The position numbers and the translations under genes were made by a program. A stretch of 61,319 nt of DNA, the filler included, from Hausera hauseri (taxonomy: Eukaryota): the NCBI GenBank assembly GCA_046269625.1. It is 10 parts of 10 records of this genome, joined end to end, with 100 filler letters (N's around TTAATTAATTAA, not from the genome) between each part and the next. Parts side by side here need not be neighbours in the genome. Positions count along the whole stretch, not along the records: positions 21,674 to 28,441 come from JBJURY010067439.1; positions 28,542 to 34,432 come from JBJURY010173083.1; positions 34,533 to 40,360 come from JBJURY010182306.1; 7 more parts are not named here. One strand, 5' to 3'. Positions within the stretch are counted from its first letter, which is position 1; each line of letters starts with the position of its first letter. Shown here in pieces: positions 23,017-36,622 of the stretch. A model generated the notes under the pieces. That model saw nothing but the letters and a program-made list of their open reading frames with translations. It ran no database searches and was not told where the DNA came from.

Positions 23017-26000
23017 TAGGATGCATCCCATCCCCTTACATCAACAAGCTGTTCTATCCCCATGTTAAAAAATTTTCTTTTACTTTAAAAAGTGATTGTT
23101 CCAAATACTTTTTTATTTCTGAATTCATTTAGGATAGCCACCTCAAACTACTAGATGAAGACCAGATTTACATAGGAATTTCGTGATGATATTTTTCTCA
23201 AGAATGTATGCCATTTTCGCCAAAAGCTGTATTGTTTACGTATTTATATCTAATAAATAAAATGAATAACTAATCTACATGATGCGATTAGAAAAACGCT
23301 CTGTGAGCCTAACAATCTGGAACTTCAGGAGCAACAATACAAAAAACATTATTTAATATAATTTATTTTGGCATGAATATATAATACAATTATTTAAAGA
23401 CAAGGTCGAAACTTGGAGCAGGATGTCCGGATGTACTCCACTGACATTTTGGTCCACTTCTTCATGATGGACTTCTTCAAGCATGGGAATGAGCACTTGG
23501 CCTCAACATACCCCCATATTGAATAATCCAGGGGATTCAAATACGGAAGATTCCTGCTGGCTGACCACATTGCTTTGGACCAGAAATTTTTAATGGTTTT
23601 CTCAAGCCAATTCTAAACCAAGTTCGAAGTGTGGGCCGAAGCCTCGTCCTGCTGGAAAACAATATGGGCCTACTTCGTGTAGTTGTAGTCAATCCAGGGC
23701 TTGACATGATTCTTTAGAACCTCCAGACGCACTTCCTTGGTTACTTTTTCGTTCTTTTTGAATAAGACCGGAGGCATTTTCTTACCATCAGAAGAGGCCA
23801 GTCCAAACATCATGACTGAAGCCGGATGCTTTGTCTGGAATGTTTAACCTTGTGAGGGACATCCTTTGGGTCCTCTCTACTGATATACTTGTCATTCCGT
23901 CTGTTTGGGGCAGAGTCGACGGTGAACTCCTTCTCATCATGAAGAGGATGACAGGCATGCCTCTCTTCAGAATCTGGAGCAACTTCTTACTTCTTTCCTG
24001 TCTGGCTTCCTTCTGGTTTGTTGTGATCAGCTGTCTCTGTGTGGCCCTTGACTTGGCCTTGAGGTCCTCCTTCACCACCTTCCGGATCATGAAGTCGCTT
24101 ACCCCGGCCTCCTTGGCCATCTTCCTCACAAACCTGAATGGATGTCTATGGATCTTCTCACGAACTGACTTAATCAGGGCCTTGGTCCCAACTGATCTGG
24201 GTCGTCCACTTCCAGGCTTCCTTCTGGAACTGCCTGTCTCTTTAAACCTGTTTCGGGCCTGATCACAGTGCTCCTGAAACACTTCAGGGCATCGGCAACG
24301 TCCTTCATGGTCATTCCGGTGTGAAACATTAACAATTGATTGATTTGAAGGCATTTTTCATATTATTTTTATTGATTGTTTACAAATTAAAGTAGAGCTA
24401 AAAAATACTACCTTTGAGCCAAAGATGTCTCATTTGGCGGGAAATTTAAAAAAATCTAAACCTTTGTACTAAGCACTTAAAGTAATGGAGCGTTTTTAAT
24501 CGCATCCTGTATGGTATTGGTTGTCTGCCATTTGTCAAGACATTGATTAGTTTAGAGAAGTGAAAATATATCTGTTAACAGTTGTTTTTTCAGTCTGATT
24601 CACTCTTTAGTCTTCACTGCATTTCTCATAGAAGATTAATTCTTTGCTAAGGTAAGTGTTTGCACTTAATATGTCTGTTAATGATGAATTTTAAAATGCC
24701 TCGTACAATCTTAATTAGCCTATTATTACAGGAGCAATTAAGCACGATGTTTATTTAACAGAATAAATCAATTCGATTTCATGCATCGTATCTTGAATGT
24801 TTGGCACTTTGTATATTTATTCTGTAATGTAACGCCTTTTTATTAATTCTATTTTAATCCACTATTCAACATAGCGCATGCCAATTACTATTTGAAATTG
24901 TTTTAAGACAGATGGCACAGAAACATGGTGCTGATGATGAGTCTGCTGATGAAAACAGCTGTGAACCATATACAATCTCGGAGTGTCGGTCTCTTTTGCC
25001 AGCAGCAGATATAATCATCCTCACTACCACTACTGAGAAATTGAAACCATTTTCAGATGGTAAAAAATGTAATCGAAAGACACGACAATTCACCACTGTT
25101 TTCGGACTGGGTAATGCAATCACTATTGACGACTCGGTGATTACTGGTGCACGTCTTCCAATAAATGGACAAATGTTGCGCTGCCTGATGTTTCATCTAC
25201 AAGAAGACAAATGCGAAAATATAATAAAGTAGCAGACTGCTAAACTCGTTCTCCCAAAGGTAGTGCCATTCTACCTGAAGGCAAACATTCCTATGATCTC
25301 AGACCACAAAGCATGTGAGAGAATGATCCACCTTCTTGACGAAAGTGCGAGTATTAGAGCCATACCATGCAAGCGCCGATCAACAGCAGCCTCACTTGCG
25401 AAGGTTAAACAAATGGAAGATACACTTGCTAAGACATTTCTTCTGTGGCCTGTCAGTGCTGAGCAGTTTGTCAAGAATTCGAAGATCGCAAGTTCCTGCA
25501 ATCAATGAAAGGTGATCGGTCAGCTAGTTTCGGGTCACATGACAAGCTGATGGCAGCAAAAATCGAACGCCGGAGGAAACGTCGGCAGTGAAAGATTGCC
25601 AGGCGGCTGAAGTTTGATTACCAGATGTCTGTTGCTAAAGCCACAACTATTGTAAACATTTTCAGTAGTAGTGACGAGTCTGACATGAAAGAGTCTAATC
25701 CTGTTTGACCTGTGTCACCTGGAGATAAACCATCAACCAGTAATTCGAAGAGTCATCATCGAACTGTCCACATAGGAACAGCAATCTCTATTCCACCAGA
25801 CATTTTATGACGACTCAGACTTGTAGCATCAGCAACAAGGCTGAAAATGACTCCAGATCACCAGACTGACTACACAAGCAGATTTCATAGGTTGGAGGCA
25901 GCCCATTCAAACTCTACTTGTCCTACTCAACAGCAGACAAAGCTCGACGCAAAGTTGGTTGCAAAATAGCCAGAAACTGCACGGAACAGCGGACTCCTCC

Positions 26001-27792
26001 GAAATTTGCCATGCTGCACTGGGACTCCAAGCTCATGCCTTCACTCCACAACATGAATAATAATGAAGAGCGTCTTACCGTTGTGCTAGGAAATACACAT
26101 AAACTGAAACTGCTAGGTATGCCATCGTATCAGCCGGGTACAGATAAAAAATCGGGCGATATAATTTCCTACTTGACAACTGATCTGCTAAGGTCATGGC
26201 ACTGTGTAGACTCTATCACAAATTTGACATTTGACACTACAGCAGCAAAGAGGACACATCAGTGCAGCATGTGTTACTATCCAGCAGCGACTGAATCGAG
26301 CGCTTCTTTGGTCGGCCTGTAGACATCATGTTGGAGAAGTGATTCTTTCCCACATCTCTGATTTACAGATTGAAGCCTCAAAGTCACATGATGTAACATT
26401 GTTTGTACGGTTTCGTAAGAACTTTGAATTGTTGTCACATCATCCACTGTAAAGATATGATCCTACTGAGTACGTCGATACAGCACGGAATTTGTTCAAA
26501 GACTGGAGAATCAGAGTTCTTGAGCTGGTACACTCGGAACTGTCACTGTGCAGAGATGACTACCGTGAGTTTGTTGAATTGTGCCCAGTGTTCATCAGCG
26601 GTTAAATACTTGACCAGCCACTAACCTTCAAGCAACCAGGCACTCTTCACAAGGCAAGATGAATGGCCAAATTGCTATATTCAATTAAAATATGCTTGCT
26701 TGAGAAGAACATCCAGCAGCTGCCTCGTGGAACTGTGACTATGCCGCATAAAATATCAAGTATCAGGGACTTCGTTACTTTTTGTTTTCATCTACAGTCA
26801 CTGGTGGATGACTTGTAGTTCTGCAACTGATGCACCATGGAATAATCTGCAACTATACCAGGATATGCTGCGTTACGAGATCGTGAATGAGCTGACGTCT
26901 AAAAGTGCTATTCGAGCTCTAAAGCTACATCTGTGATATCTTACAGAGGAGATGGTTCCTCTAGAGTTGTTCAGCAGCAAGGTGCCACCAGAACAAAAAC
27001 GTGCTCTGGCTGATAAGCTCAAGGGTTTTAAAGCCCACAACTGAGCAAACATCACCTCTGAACCGCTTTGGGAGAATTCGGCAAGCCAGTATTTCAATCT
27101 GCAGTCACTATGTCAACTACTTTAGCTGATCTGGCTGGACCAGATTCGTGGTTCACATTTCACATTTTGCAGCTGAACTCGCGGTTTCTGGCAGCTGATG
27201 TTTCCGACTGGCCACACCTTGCTACTTATGAGGCATCGGCTGTCGATCAGCAAGCGCTTAACGCCATCAATGACTGTGCCGAGCGAGGTGTGAAACTAAG
27301 TTCTGATTTTTTGTCCTCAGATAGGGGCGAAGAACTTTACCAGAATGTAATCCAAATAATTGAGCAGGACCATAAGCAAGTTAGCCAAGCAGATGTGACA
27401 TTTAGTTACAAAAGTATCAACGTGCTTTGTGTAAAATTTGTACAACTCAATTAATGATAATTTTATTGTGTTTTCCTTTATAAAGCTTCCTCTAATACAA
27501 ACTTGTAACAGGTTTTAGCTGTATTTGCAGATGTTGTTAAAGTATTTACTTGTGTATTGCCTATTCAAATATCAAAATACGAAGGAAAAAGGGTGAAAAT
27601 GTTAACAATTTCATGTAATTTCCGTTATTAATGGATAATACATAATTCAAGCAAGCGGTGGACCACCTAGACAATGTCGAAAGTTCTTCAAATTTTACCT
27701 AAATATTTTGTATGACATGTGGAATAAATGTAAGTAAGAGACAGAAGATTTATATATAATACTGAAATCTGTGGGGGATGGAATGCATCCTA
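23017..27792 (+). mobile_element. Full-length but decayed hAT-superfamily (hATm-like) DNA transposon
   Basis: TIRs TAGGATGCATCCCATCCCC (from 23017) and GGGGATGGAATGCATCCTA (to 27792). Flanks cccaacat / accaacaa (6/8 identical, consistent with a TSD). Transposase motifs LHWDSKL, EERL, FDTT, ACRHHVGE, RDDYREF, PGTLHKAR, YLTEEMVPL and NDCAERGVK across 24912-27454. Confidence 0.8.
23278..24509 (-). mobile_element. Tc1/mariner element of maT (DD37D-like) type nested in the hATm element
   Basis: TIRs CATGATGCGATTAGAAAAACGCTC / GAGCGTTTTTAATCGCATCCTG with TA on both sides. Transposase from ATG 24354 with RKPGSGRPRS, FQQDEASAH and LNPLDYSIWG; frameshifted. Confidence 0.9.
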
Positions 27793-27959
27793 ACCAACAA
27801 ACAACTATTAATAAAATACTGATCAAACAATGCAGGACAAACCCAATAAAAATCCCAAAATGTCCATGCGGAGATACTGCATAAGAATTGATAAATAACC
27901 AAAATAAAAATTTAGGACTCTTGATTATATAAATATCTAACACCTAACAATATTATAAC

Positions 27960-28380
27960 CAGTGGTCTGCAACGTCCGGCCCGCCGGCCTCAAGCCTAGA
28001 ATAATTTTTTTTAAATAAAGTGAATTTTTTATTGATTATTAATATAAATTTTGCAAGTTTTACTTTCCCCTGCAAATTATAATGAATTCAACCAAGTTTA
28101 AAAGGCGCAAAGTTAAATTTGAATGTCATGTGTTCAATTCTGACTGGACTGAAAAGTATTTCTTTGTTGAGAACCATTTTTGTTTACAAAGATTATTATT
28201 TAAAACGCCATTACAATGCATCACACAAGTCCAACTATGATCATAAATGGAGATGCTAGAAAGAAAAAAATTAAACTTTTGAAACAGTATCTTTTTTAAT
28301 CAACAGAATTTATTCACAAAAAAGTCCAATGAAAACATTTCTGAAATCGAAGCAAGTTTTCAAATTTCAGAATTAACCTG
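27960..28380 (+). mobile_element. 5' fragment of a hAT-Charlie/SPIN-like transposon
   Basis: Terminus CAGTGGTCTGCAACGTCCGGCCCGC; ATG 28082 MNSTKFKRRKVKFECHVFNSDWTEKYFFVE and downstream LKRHY, typical of the GTF2IRD2/SPIN-type N-terminus. Confidence 0.75.
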
Positions 28381-28441
28381 TTAACGGAGCGGGACGTATA
28401 AATACGTCAAACGTAAACAATATCGGAACGGGTAGGACGTA

Positions 28442-28541
28442 NNNNNNNNNNNNNNNNNNNNNNNNNNNNNNNNNNNNNNNNNNNNTTAATTAATTAANNN
28501 NNNNNNNNNNNNNNNNNNNNNNNNNNNNNNNNNNNNNNNNN
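28442..28541. other. Artificial contig linker
   Basis: N44-TTAATTAATTAA-N44. Confidence 0.99.
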
Positions 28542-30549
28542 CATAGAAATAGCCAGGAAGCTCGTCCTCCATTATAAATGAAAAACCACAACAACAGCCG
28601 TTAGCTGAGTTGTGCAGCTGCCGTGCTAGCTCTGTTTATGCAATTAATAGGTCTAAGCAAATAAATGAAGCCCGATAGTTCATTGAAAAGAATTTTTTTT
28701 GGCGATTAAGCGAACTGTGCATTTAAGCGGTATGGGTTTATCCGATTAAAAAAAATATGTACAAGGAAAAGACATAAAAAGAAAACAATAGGACCATGTC
28801 CATATGTTTCAAGTGTGCTTATTCCTCTTCTCTTCCACCCACTGAGTCGTTTTACAATTACTGCAGCTCATCAACCTTAGAAATGCAGGAAAAAGAGGCA
28901 CCCATAAGATCCTGAATGCATTCTCAGAACATCGCACTAGGAATATGTGGTAGTAATTACACGTGATGAGAGAAGCACATTTGGTTCTCACAGTTACATA
29001 TGCAATTAAAATATTATTCATTACCTCTTAAATAAAAGCCCAGTCCTGGAATCCCATTAAATTTTGGATAATTGTGCATGTTTAATTATAAGCCGCGGCA
29101 CGAATTCAGGAAGGAGGGAAGTTTCCGAGAAAGTAACAGAATGCGCTGCGACCTAGATACCGGGGGAGACATTTTGTTTTAAAAGTGACCTTGCTGTGAA
29201 ACGTCAGCTCAGAATAGCTCAGACTTTTTCAACAGACTCAGAGTGCCGAGACTCATTGCTGCTTCTGCTCTGGTTAAACTGAGCTCTGAGCTGTGAACAG
29301 TCAGAGCCATTGCATCCAAATGAAGTTGCTGTTGATGATTTGACTGGATGACACTTCACTGTATTATTCTGATGTCGTGTTTTTTTTTAAAGACTGATCT
29401 GCTGAAGGGCGAATACCGGTCTTTTTTTAATAGTGGTATCCAAAGGCAATGCCAAACCTATTTCACTGATGCATGTTCACCGGTATCAATATAATGTGCC
29501 CAAGTAAAATTTCATGGTAAAACATGGTGACACGTAAAAGGTATTTATGTGTAATCATTTGGTATTTATAAAGGAACATACATACTTAGAAGGTAAAAAG
29601 GTACTTACAGGGGCACTTAAAGGATATTTCTAAAGACATAAACATGGTACACATGAGGTGATCAAGAATACTTATGGGGATACATGTAGAATGGCAACAG
29701 CTATTTACAAGGTAAGTATGGAGGTACTTACAGGTAATTGTAGGATGACGTATGAGGAGTGTTACTTACATGGTAATTAGCTTATTCATTAAAGTATCAA
29801 CAAGGTACATACAGGGCTAGTTCCAAAGTAATAAAGTAAAAATATCCTTTTAAGTTTAAGTGTTTTATTCATTTTTCATTTAAAAACTAAACAAATACTG
29901 TACACAAAAAAAAATACAAATCACAAATAAAATAAAAGGCAGCAGAAAGAAAATATATATATATTCAAACAAAAATAATCTATTAATAACAAAAACAAAA
30001 AATAGAATAAGTGAAATCCTTGAGCAACTTACACATCATAGTATTTCACATTTCTTCAACAGACTAACTAACTAACTTTTTATGTTTTGATGTCACTCTC
30101 TAAGTTGTTGTTCATTTAGCAATCATAGACAAACTTGGAAAAAGCATTAATTTCTTCACAAAAATAAAGAATATCACAAAAATGAACAGGAGTATGAATC
30201 ATTCTGAGGACAAGTGTTTATATGAAATAACTCCAAACAGTTAAAGAGGGAAACTGCAGGAACAGACTGAGGAGAGATGAAAAGTAACGACACAAGAGGG
30301 AGACAACAGACAGGACGTCACATCCTCACAGAGTTATGAGCATTCTTGCAGTTTCAAGATGAAATTTACGTCAGCGGTGTTCTCAGTGTCAACTTGGCCG
30401 CCCTGTTTTTGGCACAACCTTTTATTTTTATTATGAATCAATAAATACAATAAAACAAGGCATAGTTCACTTACAAGGATTTACAGTTTAACAAAAAACT
30501 GAGCAGAAAACTGTATTATGGAACAATATGATAGAGAAAAGAAACAACA

Positions 30550-33230
30550 TGCTTAATAATTAAATAAAACAAACTAAAATTATCATCACAAGAGGACTTT
30601 TAGTTATTTGGTTATACCATCAATGTATGGGTGTAATAATTAGCTTCATTGTTGTTACAGTGTGCCAGAACCTCCTTAAATAAAACTCTTTCCTTTACAA
30701 AGATCTTAAATAATGGGCTGATTTTTAAAAAATTGCATTTATGACTAAAATATTTAGCTAAAAGAATTAAATTATAATTACTGTAAACTGCTTCTCTGTT
30801 ATAAGACTTATTTTGATTTGATCAAAACTTAGAGGTGGAATAGTTTTTTATCCTGGATCCAGTCTTGAAAATGTTTCCTAAAACATTTAGATTGAAAAAA
30901 GATGTTCTGCAGTCTCAATGTCTGATTGACAAAACACACAGGAGTTGGAGTTTATAATGAATTTCTTTTGTAAAAAGTCGTTACAAGAACAGATATCATA
31001 TATTAGTTTGAAGTGGACTTCTTTCACTTTTTGTGGGAGTGAAAAGAAAGATATTTGGTTCTAATTTTCTTTTAAAGAGGTTTCATCATAGTTTTTAAAT
31101 AAGTATTTTCTTCTCAGGGTTGATGGGTAAACAGATGAAGTCAGAGTATTTATTATAAATTTGTTATTACATTTTCTATCTATAAAGTCACAATATGACT
31201 TTATAGATAGAAATATATATATTGAAGTTTATTACATGTTAACATGTATTTTTAATAAAAGCTTCATATGTTAAAAATATTCCATCTTTTTCCATAACAT
31301 GTATAATTGACCTAATAGCTTCTCCCACCAGTCTTTAAAATATATTTTTGTTTTATCAGGATTCATCTTTTGTTTAATAAATCCTTTTATTTTGAACTTT
31401 GGATTTTTGCCTGTAACCTGGGTCATTCCTGCCTATGAAACCTCAGTCTTTATTTATCTTTTTAATCATTTTGTCAGATATATACAGTGAATATTCTGGG
31501 TAAATAAGCCCAGAAAGACTTTCCATTTTAGTGAGAAGAACACGTCCAAACGTAGGTAAATCTCTCTGGAGCCAGCTGTCAAGAATAACTTTGTTTTTCT
31601 GAATTTTACTTTCTGTGTTGGATGTTTCTGTAACTATTTTAGTTTTTCAGATAGTGATTCCTAAATACTTAATTTGTTTTTTTAAATTGGAATATTACAA
31701 ATAGCATCAGAAGGATGATCATAAATAATAATAATTTCACATGTTTTTCAGATTTAGACCAGAGGCTTTAGAAAACATCTGTATCTCTCAAAACCTTAGA
31801 AATCTGTGTTATCTTTTAAAAAAGTGCTGTGTCATCAGCCAGTTGAGTAATTACCAGTGGATTTCCCATTACATTTAAAGGTTCAATACTTGGATTATTT
31901 TTGAGAAAAATTGCCATCAGTTCTGCTGCAATAATAAACAGCAGAGGTGAAGTAGGACAACCTTGATGAATTCCTCTTTTTATATCAAAACATTTAGATG
32001 TTCCAGAAGGCAAAGACACTGAACTATTGATGTCTGTGTAAAGTTACTGAATCATTTTTATAAATATTCCTCCAAAACCAAAATATTCTAACACTTTTAC
32101 CCATATCCAAAGCTTTATAAAAATCAGGAAAAAGAATAACTCCATCCTCTACCAGATGTTCATCGTCCAATAAATCTAAAATCAGTCTCAGATTATTGTG
32201 AGCAGATCATTATTTAAGGAAACCAGACTGTGGATCACTTATATTTTGAGTTAAATCATTTGTAAATGTTTTATAATCAGTATTCAATAAAGTTATTGGG
32301 CAAAGATTTTCAATGTATCTCTTATCTTTAGCTGGTTTAGGGACGATCGTAATAAGTCCCTGTTTCATTATGTGTTAGTGAGTTGATAATATATCTTTTA
32401 TTGTTTCAAAGAAAAATATTTTCAAATCTCCCCAAAAACGTTGTAAAATATTTTAGTTGAGCCATCTTGAGCTGGTGCTTCTCCAGTGGGCAGTTTGTTC
32501 ATTATTGTATCTAATTCATTGGGATTAAAGTCAGATTGACAGGTTTCTGTAAAGTTTACATCTATCTTTGGAATATATTCTTTGATTTCTTCTAGAAAAG
32601 ATTTGAATCTACAGAACTGTATTCAGATGAATATAGAGTTGAATAAAAGGTTTAAATTTGATCTGAAAGAATTTTATGATCAGTCATTTTCTTATCATCT
32701 AAAATTAGAGTTAATATTTTCTTTAATTTTTTCTTATCTTTTTTTTCTAGATTACTAAAGTAAGATGTATATTTTCCCTTCCTCTCTCCATTTAGCTCCA
32801 GATCTAAAATATGCACCATGAGCCCTTTTCTGACATCATCTAATTGATTTTGTAGTGTTATGAACTCACATTTGTCTGCATCTATTACTTCAGTTTTCAT
32901 ACATAAATTATTAATGTTTTGTACCAATCTAGATTCAAATTCTAAATGTAATTAAAAATTCACATACTTTAAATTTGAAATATTCCCATCTCCTACTAAA
33001 GCTGCCCACAGTCTGGTCATTTTAAGTATTTTGTATCAATTCTTTAATTTTTTTACATATCCCTCATCCTTTAATAAATCATATAGATTCCACTAATCTT
33101 TTTAAAATTTGTTCCAGTTAGTTGGTTTTAATTGAAGTGATATTATACAGTGGTCAGTTAAAGGAGCAGAAGAGATGGAAACCTCTGGTGTGGTTAAATA
33201 TAAATCTATTCTTGATTTGATACTGATGAC
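30550..33230 (-). mobile_element. 5'-truncated, decayed Tx1/L1-clade LINE ORF2 (teleost-like)
   Basis: SRIDL, LTDHC, YFSNLEK, MKQGLITIVPK, GIHQGCPTSP, QLADDTALF, DLPTFGRVLL and the zinc finger CVFCQSDIETAEH; many indels. Confidence 0.9.
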
Positions 33231-34432
33231 GACAGCGCTGCTGCAAAGCAGGAGAGAAGGAGAGCAGAAGAGGAGAACTGATTTCTAGTCTTATTTCTAG
33301 CAACAGAACAGGTTGGATGATAGTCATTTGGTGTTATTGTTTTTAACGCTCCACAGTCTCTGACATGTTAAATTAATTTGAAACTGAGGTTTGGAAAAAA
33401 TCCATGAGATTGCTCTGTACGTCCAGATGCCTGCAAAATGATGGAAAATCTGTGTAAATTATGGACAATCTGTACAAGTTGGAGCTGAAAGAAACCCCCA
33501 ATATGTTGCCTGTTCAGTAGTGGGACGATGTATGAAGGGGGTGGGACACAGTCAGGGGCTGCAGACCTCCCTTTATTTATATCAAGGTCCAGCTCTTCTG
33601 CTGGTATGAAATGTGGGGATGGTGGCCCCCCTGTGTCGACACATTGCCTTTTTAACAGCTAAAATAAAAACAGGGATGAAATGTGGGCATTAGAACAAGT
33701 CATCTGTACTTTGTAGTGAACATTTTCACAGATCCTACCAGTCTGTAAATGTTCTTATCTTTAATCTGGACCTGATGCCAAGTCCTCTTTGGTCCAGTCA
33801 TGTTCCTACTGTAGAAGTATTGATTAGATGTGGAACATGAATGAGTTCACAGGTTACATTATAAACTTCCACTGTTCAGTTTTAAGTACAAAGTTGTTCA
33901 TTAGAGCAAATGATGGTAAATTCTTGAATGTTAAGGTTAGAATGTTTACCATTTACAATATTTGTTATTTTCTCCAATACATTATGAACTGTAATTGAAT
34001 AATAAGAAATTCCACAACTCCTTACACAGGATGATCACCAAAAATCGCATATTAATGTATTTCAATTATTGATCTGACAAGAAAACAAATTTTATTGTAA
34101 ATCTGAGTTTTTAATAACAAATAGTCAGAGAGACGTGCAAATTATGAAATATGAAACTAAATTTTTGCCGAGAAAGCCAAAATGACGCAGTAACAGCATT
34201 TTGCACTTGTTCAAATTTCCCCACTATGTTTAGGAATTTTGAACTTTTACAAAATTTTCATTACTTTTCTTTTAATATTCGATTTATAACGTTTCTTTAA
34301 TTTTCTGCCGAAATAAAAAATATCCATCGAATATAATCGTGGTCAGTCATGTGCATAAGGATAATTTGTACAGGAGGGAATATGCTGCTGTGAATTAAAC
34401 CAATACATTTTAGATTGTCAGAACATCAAGGA

Positions 34433-34532
34433 NNNNNNNNNNNNNNNNNNNNNNNNNNNNNNNNNNNNNNNNNNNNTTAATTAATTAANNNNNNNNNNNN
34501 NNNNNNNNNNNNNNNNNNNNNNNNNNNNNNNN
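34433..34532. other. Artificial contig linker
   Basis: N44-TTAATTAATTAA-N44. Confidence 0.99.
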
Positions 34533-35570
34533 AGATTTTTACCGAAGTTAATTTGAAACATTATCTTAAATTTATTTGTCATTCTGACTTAATATAGTAA
34601 TTTTTTGTTGAGTAGGATATAAGACATTGCAAACTTAAGGAGATTTTTAATAGTGAATCACGTTTTAGTTTTTATGTCAAATTGAAAAGCATTTAATTAG
34701 CCTTAATTTGTTTAAATATTACGCAATTGTTACATAAAAATTTATTGTTGGTTGAAGAAAACCGCGTATTTATCCTGTTTCCAAAACAAATGGATTTTCC
34801 CCATTTGGTTAGAATCTGGACTGTACTACATCAGACTGTACTACCATTAGCTGGCTCTTGTAAATCCATATTTTGAGGTGGTGAGTCCCCACAACTCTCC
34901 ACAGACTTCAATGATGTTTTTATATTTGTCGAACTGAAACGACACATTATTTTCTTGTGTTATAAAACGAAGATATTAATCATATGCTTAACTCCATTTA
35001 GGTTTTTTTCTGAGAACACAAATATTGTAAATTAATTTCAACGCTCAAATAATGTCACTGTCACATTCTCATTATGATATTAAAATTGGTGGCACGTAGG
35101 ATTAGTACCAAAACTTTGTTTTACGAATTCCAAATACTATATATAGATTTTTAGAATACACAATATTATTTGAGAATTGATCAGATTTTTTTCTCATTTT
35201 CTTAAAATTTTTAGTAATCATCAGAGAAAATTATGAAGAATTCTGAAAATGCTTATGTTGTTCTATCATTGGATCTCTAATAATGTTGTGAATGATGCGA
35301 AAAATGAGAAAAATGTTGATGAGGGTAACAATGTATTCATTGGCCGGTCAATTTAATTGAATACAGAAAATGAGAAAGACACCGATAAAAACGAGTGATT
35401 TTTAAGCCCATCCGTGTCACTGAAAAAATTTCTTCCGCTTAAATTAAGCAAGAGAATAATGAGGCTTCCATAATTGAACGTATTTAAGGTTAAAATTTAT
35501 TAAAGTTATTTATAGATTTTTAAATGTTATGGTTCTGATTATACGAACATTTTAATGTTGATTAATTTCA

Positions 35571-35960
35571 GTATTTACGGTCCTGTTGACAGAACGTCTA
35601 GAAGAATGAGATCGAATAGAAAATTATGTTATGGTTATGAGCTATCATCCAAATTACCTGGAGCAGTACATGAAAGTGTACAACCAGCTCTTTCGAGGGG
35701 ATGGTAACTTACAATATGTAGATAGATATTATCTAGCAATAATGGTATATTTAAATACTAGTTTAGTCTATGTATTTTTCGAATTATTCAGGCAGCTGCC
35801 CAAATGCATTTCAGAGAGTTGATATATTGGTTCATCCCCGAATTCCTCGCTGCTACAAGTGACGCAACATGGTTGAATGGTGTCCGTAAGGCTCCATCTC
35901 GATTGAAAGCACTGTCTGTGCTCAATCAATATCTTTTCCATCAACCATGGTTGATAGAAC
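35571..35960 (+). pseudogene. SESN: Sestrin N-terminal region (partial, possibly pseudogenised)
   Basis: VMSYHPNYLEQYMKVYNQLFRGDGNLQYVDRYYLAIM|AAAQMHFRELIYWFIPEFLAATSDATWLNGVRKAPSRLKALSVLNQYLFHQPWLI matches sestrin (VMGLHP.Y..F...LL..DGPL....RHYIAIMAAAR...WL.GL..AP.KL..L..INK.LAHRPWLI); ~47-nt intron near 35745-35791. Confidence 0.85.
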
Positions 35961-36622
35961 CTATAAGTTTTAGTTATGAATTTATTAAAAACTATCGATT
36001 GTATACTTATCAATTTATCATTACTATCATTTAATTACTGCAAATTACCGATTTTTTGAAGTCTATTTAGGGCATGACCGTACTTGTTGGTTTTGGCTAT
36101 CTGGGAAACGAAATTCCGCATGTGTTCAGATTGAGATGTAATGTTTCGCCTGCTCAGTAGCTTTTTTGTGTCAAAATCAGACGAGATGAGAACAACAGTG
36201 TTGTGGAAAATGCAAGTTCCTTAATGGGACAACGGTTGTGGAATAACTCGCTAACCGTGTCAAATTGAAGGCCAGGTTTGTTGGGTTTCTCAGAGAACTT
36301 CTAATGCGCCATGGCATTTTACACTCTCGATAGTACGTGGGAAACATGTTTTTCCGTAAAGTATTTTGAGGAATGGTGTTTGCCGATTTCGCACTTGTTT
36401 CAAGTTGTCATGCGCGTTGCCTGGTTGCATATGGCGTGTCTGTCACTTATTAAAAGTGGTATGAGCGAGTGTCGATTTGACACTGGGTTTGATCCACATC
36501 TGCTTTGAAGCGACATTCACGCTGCATGCAATCGGGTACTCTCTTTCAAGCCTGTAAGGTTTTACTGGAGTCGAGGTATCTGATGCACTCCTGGTGCGAC
36601 TCGATACCGGTGCGGCAGTGGT

